Source of the DNA: an uncultured Phascolarctobacterium sp.
Lineage (GTDB): Bacteria; Bacillota; Negativicutes; Acidaminococcales; Acidaminococcaceae
Reading direction: 5' to 3'
DNA: 64,000 nucleotides
NCBI GenBank assembly: GCA_900544885.1
Contig: UQWU01000002.1
Span: 23,057 to 87,056 of the forward strand
The notes under the pieces are model-generated. The model was given only the letters and a program-made list of their open reading frames with translations. It did no database searches and was not told the origin of the DNA. Below, one piece after another: positions 57,337 to 64,000 of this stretch; within the stretch, counting starts at the first letter, position 1, and every line of letters begins with the position of its first letter. The translations under genes and the position numbers were made by a program.

Positions 57337-58473
57337 ATGGCGAAAATACTGATTTCTGCCGGAGAAGCATCCGGTGATGTCCATGCAGCAGCTGTGACTG
57401 CTGCCATTAAAAAACTAGATAGTAGTGCCGAAGTATTTGGCATGGGCGGTGATGCATTGCGTGCAGCCGGCGGCGAAGTACTTTTCGATATTAAAGATCA
57501 TGGTGTAATGGGATTTGTTGAGGTTATCCGCAAACTGCCGGATTTGTTCAAACTACGCAGTGATTTTGGTCGTGTTATGGATGAGCGCAAGCCTGATTGC
57601 CTAGTGGTTGTTGACTATCCTGGATTTAATATGAAACTGGCTAAAATGGCACATGACAAGGGTATTCCTGTTGTTTCCTATATTGCTCCATCTGCGTGGG
57701 CGTGGAATAAGGGGCGTGCTAAGAATGTAGCTAAAATTGTTGATAAGGTAGCTTGTATATTTCCCTTTGAATATGATGTATATAAAGAAGCAGGTGCTCC
57801 TGTAGAATTTGTCGGTCATCCTTTGGTGGATATTGTTCATCCTACTATGACTAAGGAGGAAGCAGCTGCCTTATTTGGGAAGAAAGCCGACGAAAAGCTA
57901 GTGCTGATTATGCCGGGCAGTCGTTTGATGGAAATTGAGAAAATGTTGCCAACTTTATTGGCAGGTGCGAAGCTTTTACAAAAGCAGATGCCTGATGTGC
58001 GTTTTGCTATGCCTCGTGCAGGTACAATTCCTATGGAAATGCTGCAGGAAAAAATTAAGGCTGCAGGCTTGGATGTACAGATTACTGAAGGTCATAATTA
58101 TGATTTATTCAGTATTGCTGATTTAGCTTTGGCAACCAGTGGTACCGTAACTTTGGAAGCTGCTTTATGTGGTCTGCCCAGTGTTATTGTTTATCGTACA
58201 TCTGCTATTAATGCATTTATTGCTAGATTGGTCATCAATATTCCTAATATCGGTCTGCCGAATATTGTGGCAGGTAAGCAAATCGTGCCGGAGCTGTTAC
58301 AGGAAGATTTTACCCCGCAAAAAGTAGCGGATTCCGCTATGGCAATGTTAAAACCTGAAGCAAAGGAAAAGCTGCAGGAAGATTTGGCCTACATGAAACA
58401 CAGATTGGGTGAACCGGGAGCGGTTAACCGTGTCGCTCAACTCATTTTAAAAATAGCTGAGGAGAAAAAATGA
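57337..58473 (+). CDS. lpxB: Lipid-A-disaccharide synthase
   Basis: The protein has KILISAGEASGDVHAA and VDYPGFNMKLAK. The RBS GAGGAG precedes the ATG at 57337. Confidence 0.9.
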   Translation: MAKILISAGEASGDVHAAAVTAAIKKLDSSAEVFGMGGDALRAAGGEVLFDIKDHGVMGFVEVIRKLPDLFKLRSDFGRVMDERKPDCLVVVDYPGFNMKLAKMAHDKGIPVVSYIAPSAWAWNKGRAKNVAKIVDKVACIFPFEYDVYKEAGAPVEFVGHPLVDIVHPTMTKEEAAALFGKKADEKLVLIMPGSRLMEIEKMLPTLLAGAKLLQKQMPDVRFAMPRAGTIPMEMLQEKIKAAGLDVQITEGHNYDLFSIADLALATSGTVTLEAALCGLPSVIVYRTSAINAFIARLVINIPNIGLPNIVAGKQIVPELLQEDFTPQKVADSAMAMLKPEAKEKLQEDLAYMKHRLGEPGAVNRVAQLILKIAEEKK

Positions 58474-60203
58474 ATTTATACTTTCGTGCATTAAAATATA
58501 TTAAGCCATACCTGTTTCGTGGCGCCTGTGCTGCAATCTGTACAGCAATTGCAGCAGGTGGTACTGCATATCTGCCTTGGATTATCAAGGATATGGTGGA
58601 CCAGGTTTTAAAAGAAAAAGACGTAGCGATGCTCAATTATATCGTTATCAGCATCATCGTAGTCTTTGTTATCCGTGGTATCGCTTATTATGGACAAAGC
58701 TATCTGATGAACTATGTTGGTCAACGTGTCATTATTGATATCCGCAAGGCTGTTTTTGAAAAACTGCAACGTTTAAGCTTAAGTTTTTATGACAAAAACA
58801 AAACCGGTACTATCATGAGTTATGTAACTAATGACGTTAACGCATTGCAATCTGCGATGGTGGAAAACGTTGTCGAAATGGTTACTGAAAGCGTTATTTT
58901 AATTGCTTCCATTGTCATGATGATTTATTTGGATTGGAAGCTGTTTTTAGTAACTTTTAGTACTTTCCCAATCGTTTTGTTGTTTATTGATCAATTCGGT
59001 AAACGTATTCGTAAATCTGGTAGCCGTATTCAGGAGGTAACTGCGGATATTACATCTGTATTACAAGAAACTGTTTCTTCTGCACGTGTTATTAAATCCT
59101 TCGTTCGTGAGGATTACGAAATTAATCGTTTTGATAAAGAAAATCTAAATAACTTCCGTGCTAATATGAAATATGCACAGTTATCTGCAACATTAACTCC
59201 TACTATTGAATTTGTTGCTGCTGTCGGCGTAACCATTATTTTATGGTATGGCGGTAACAGTGTTATTAATGGCAGCATTACTGCCGGCAGTTTAGTTGCT
59301 TTCTTAACTTATGCTGTTAATATTTCTAACCCGATTAAACGTCTGAGTCGTGTTATCGGCAATATCCAAAAAGCATTAGCTGCTGCTCAGCGTGTGTTCG
59401 ATGTTTTGGATTTACCGGAAACAATTAAAAATACACCTGATGCTAAAGCTCTGCCTCCGGTTAAAGGTAAAGTTCGTTTTGATCACGTATCCTTCTCCTA
59501 TGACCCGGGTGAAGAAGTTTTAAGTGATGTTTCCTTTGATGTTAAGCCCGGTGAAATGGTTGCCTTCGTAGGCCCGTCCGGTGCTGGCAAATCTACTGTT
59601 GCTAGTCTGCTGCCGCGTTTTTATGATGTAAATGATGGTAGTATTTCTATTGACGGTACAGATATTCGTGGTGTTACCTTAAATTCTCTGCGTGAACAGG
59701 TTGGTATTGTGCCTCAGGAAACAATTCTGTTCAATGGCAGTGTTTATGACAATATCCTTTATGGACGCCTTGATGCAACTAAAGAAGAGGTTGAAGCTGC
59801 AGCTAAAGCAGCTAATGCCCACAACTTTATTATGGAGCTTCCTGATGGTTATAATACTATGTTAGGTGACCGCGGTGTTAATATTTCCGGTGGTCAACGC
59901 CAGCGTATATCCATTGCCCGGGCAATACTGAAAAATCCTCAGATTCTGATTCTAGACGAGGCAACCTCTGCTCTGGATACAGAAAGCGAACGTGTTGTAC
60001 AGGAGGCCTTGGACCGTTTGATGGTGGGTCGTACCTCCTTCGTTATTGCACATAGACTTTCTACGATTAAAAACGCTGATAAGATTATGGTTTTGGAAAA
60101 AGGTCGTCTGGTAGAACAAGGTACCCATGATGAACTGATGCAGCTGGATGGTTTATATGCACACTTATATAAAATCCAGTATCGCAGCAAAGAAGCTAAT
60201 TAG
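58470..60203 (+). CDS. msbA: Lipid A/LPS flippase ABC transporter (fused TMD-NBD)
   Basis: The protein has six TM helices. Walker A is GPSGAGKST. The signature is LSGGQRQRISIARA and Walker B is ILILDEATSALD. Confidence 0.9.
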   Translation: MNLYFRALKYIKPYLFRGACAAICTAIAAGGTAYLPWIIKDMVDQVLKEKDVAMLNYIVISIIVVFVIRGIAYYGQSYLMNYVGQRVIIDIRKAVFEKLQRLSLSFYDKNKTGTIMSYVTNDVNALQSAMVENVVEMVTESVILIASIVMMIYLDWKLFLVTFSTFPIVLLFIDQFGKRIRKSGSRIQEVTADITSVLQETVSSARVIKSFVREDYEINRFDKENLNNFRANMKYAQLSATLTPTIEFVAAVGVTIILWYGGNSVINGSITAGSLVAFLTYAVNISNPIKRLSRVIGNIQKALAAAQRVFDVLDLPETIKNTPDAKALPPVKGKVRFDHVSFSYDPGEEVLSDVSFDVKPGEMVAFVGPSGAGKSTVASLLPRFYDVNDGSISIDGTDIRGVTLNSLREQVGIVPQETILFNGSVYDNILYGRLDATKEEVEAAAKAANAHNFIMELPDGYNTMLGDRGVNISGGQRQRISIARAILKNPQILILDEATSALDTESERVVQEALDRLMVGRTSFVIAHRLSTIKNADKIMVLEKGRLVEQGTHDELMQLDGLYAHLYKIQYRSKEAN

Positions 60204-60222
60204 GCCGAAAAGAGGTTAGTGC

Positions 60223-62750
60223 ATGTATATCGTATATAACATTCTTATTTTAATAGTGCTGGTATTCTTTGTTCTGCCGTATTATACTTACCGCCTGTTT
60301 ACAGAAAAAGGCTTTGCTCTGCGTTTCAAAGAGCAGGTTTTTGGTAATATAGCAGATGAAGAAATTGCCAAAGTAATGCGCAAGGACTGCATTTGGATTC
60401 ATGGCGCTTCTGTCGGCGAAATTGTTGCTACCAGTCCTTTGGTAAAACAAATTCGCAAGGAAATGCCTGATCGTCCGGTGTTGGTTTCTGCATTTACTGT
60501 TGGTGGCTATAATATGGCTAAACAGATTATTCCTGAAGCTGATGCCATCATCTATTTCCCGTTAGATCTGCCGTTTGTAGCAGAATCCCTAGTAAAACGT
60601 ATTCATCCAGGCGTATTTATGCCTGTTGAAACTGAATTGTGGCCGAACTTTTTGCGTGCCATTCGTGAACGTCATATTCCTGTAATGATGGTTAATGGTC
60701 GTATTTCTGAGAAATCTGTGAAAAACTACCGTTATCTTTATGGTATTTGGGATGATATGCTCAATACTGTAACTCGTTTCTGTATGCAGTCTAGTATAGA
60801 TGCTGATTATATTGCTCATTTAGGTGCTGACAGAAATAAAATTTTCGTTACTGGTAATACTAAATTTGACCAAACTTATGCCGAAGTTACTCCCGAAGAT
60901 TTAGAGAAATATCGCGTAGAATTAGGCCTGAAAAATGATTATCCTATTATTGTTGCAGGCTCTACTCATCCTGGTGAAGAGAAGATTTTGCTGGAATCCT
61001 TTAAAGTTGTCCGCGAAACTTATCCTAATGCCCGCTTGGTAATTGCTCCACGTAAAACTGCCCGTGCTGATGAAATTGCTAAATTAGCTAGTCATTACGG
61101 CTATGAAACAGGTTATCGCTCTAAAATGCTGGAGGAAACAGGTGAGCGTAAGGAATATCCCTTGCTGATTATTGATACTATCGGCGAATTAGGCCGTATT
61201 TATGCTGTTGGTGATGCTGTCTTTGTTGGCGGCTCTTTCAGTAATACAGGTGGTCATAATGTTTTGGAGCCTGCTGCTCATGCTAAACCAATTCTTGTTG
61301 GTCCCAGTATGCAGAATTTTAAAGACTCTTATGCGTTACTGAGCAAGGTTAAGGCTTGCAAAATGGTCAATAATAAAGCGGAGCTTACTAGTGAGCTGTT
61401 AGATATTCTGAAAAATGATGAACGTCGTACACAGATGGGTGCAGCCTCTCTGCAGGTAATTAAAGAAAATCGTGGTGCTGATATCCGCAGCATTTATTAT
61501 TTAAAAGAATTATTGGATTTAACTTCTGTTCCTGCACGTGAATATGCTACTTATCCGATTAACACTCGTAATCTGACTGATGAAGGCGGTGCTCGTCTGC
61601 GTCATGGTGATGCGATTATCCAGTATATTTACCAGATTGCCTACGGCCCGGAAACTCCTTTTATGGGTTGGGTACTTTTGGCAATTTTACGTGGCATGTC
61701 CTATTTATATGAGTTTGGTGTTTGTTGCAAACTCAATTTGTATGAATCTGGTTTTATGAAACGAGAACGTTTGAATTGCTGTGTTATTTCCATCGGTAAT
61801 ATTACAGTTGGTGGTACGGGTAAAACACCTACTGCTCAGAAAATGGCTGCTATTGTGAAATCAATGGGTTATCGAGTTGTTATCTTAAATCGCGGTTATC
61901 GTTCTCATTGGGGTAAAGAGCTAGGCGTTGTTTCTAATGGAGATAAAATTTTCATGACTGCTTATGAAGCAGGTGACGAAGCTTACTTAATGGCTAAAAC
62001 ATTACCTGGTATTCCTGTTATTATCGGTAAGAACCGTGCTGTTACAGGTCGTTACGCTGTAGATAAGCTTAATGCAGAGGTTATCATCATGGACGATGGT
62101 TATCAGCATTGGCAATTAGAACGCGATTTAGATATTGTTTTGGTTGATACCTTGAATATGTTCGGCAACGGTTGCGTGCTGCCGCGTGGTACTTTGCGTG
62201 AGCCCTTGCAGAATTTAGCCCGTGGTGATTTATTCTTGTTAACCAAGACTGATCAAAGTAGTAAATTAAGCCGAATGCAGCTACGTCATACCATTGCTAA
62301 GTACAATGAGAATGCTCCTGTAATTGAAAGTATTCACCATCCGAAAAACTTTGTAGAAATTGCTGATTGGTATAAAGGTATTTCTGAAAATATCAAGGAT
62401 TTGGAAGAACTGAAGGGTAAGGATGTTATGGTGTTCTCCGCTATAGGTAACCCGTCTTCTTTTGAACAGACCTTGTCCAGTATCGGTTTGAATATTTTAG
62501 AAGCTGTTCGTTATCCTGACCATCATGATTATGGAATGCTGGAAATGCAATATATCAATGAACGTGCTAGCAGCTTAAAGGCTGTAGCGATGATTGCTAC
62601 GGCTAAGGATGCTGTAAAGATTCCGACAGAGTTTATCTATTCTGCACGTGAGATACCCTTGTACATTTTGAACATGGATATCTGTATTACTGAAGGAATG
62701 GATAAGTTTAAAGAATATATTGATAATGCCATCAAAAAGGAGCTTGATAA

Positions 62751-62754
<4 letters not shown>
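60223..62754 (+). CDS. waaA-lpxK: Fusion ORF: Kdo transferase WaaA/KdtA (N-terminal about 430 aa) plus tetraacyldisaccharide 4'-kinase LpxK (C-terminal about 400 aa)
   Basis: The N-terminal part has GASVGE, AGSTHPGEE and GGHNVLEPAA, which are GT30 motifs. The C-terminal part has VISIGNITVGGTGKTP (LpxK P-loop) and ILNRGYRS. It is one uninterrupted 843-aa ORF. Confidence 0.8.

Positions 62755-64000
<1,246 letters not shown>

Overview
This window looks like a chromosomal segment from an AT-rich diderm Firmicute, Negativicutes-like (Veillonellaceae or Sporomusaceae), judged by gene content. Almost every gene is on the + strand. Only metN, its SAM riboswitch and one periplasmic gene are on the - strand.

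From 5' to 3' the window contains:
- A near-complete metN on the - strand, preceded by a SAM-I riboswitch.
- A YerC/TrpR-like regulator, a HisC-family aminotransferase, and a dedicated ECF transporter (S, A, A', T).
- A CpxP/ZraP-like periplasmic gene with LTXXQ repeats, divergent from an OmpR-family response regulator, a sensor kinase and an SDR.
- murI.
- An 11-gene Mrp antiporter-like cluster in Mbh-type gene order (E-F-G-Bn-B'-B-C-D-D-small-A') with no hydrogenase genes.
- A DMT transporter, an XRE regulator, tRNA-Thr(CGU), and wecA/tagO-wecB.
- The F1Fo ATP synthase operon (atpZ, I, B, E, F, H::A, G, D, C). Here delta is reduced to its C-terminal domain and reads in-frame into alpha.
- murA and mreB/mbl.
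- A large outer-membrane and lipid A biogenesis supercluster: an AMIN/phosphodiester-glycosidase protein, a small lipoprotein, an S55 (SpoIVB-like) peptidase, mlaE-mlaF-mlaD (MlaD with a beta-barrel-like C-terminal extension), tolC, tamB, a sigma-70-family factor with a membrane-anchored partner, bamA, a 423-aa secreted hypothetical, three tandem skp/ompH paralogs, lpxD, an LpxL-family acyltransferase, lpxC, fabZ, lpxA, lpxI, lpxB, msbA, a waaA::lpxK fusion ORF, kdsB and the 5' part of kdsA.

No CRISPR arrays, transposases, integrases or phage genes were seen. Several rho-independent terminators, sigma-A-like promoters and palindromic candidate operators are supported directly by the sequence.

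All coordinates and motif matches were read manually from the sequence and the supplied ORF track. No database searches were run.
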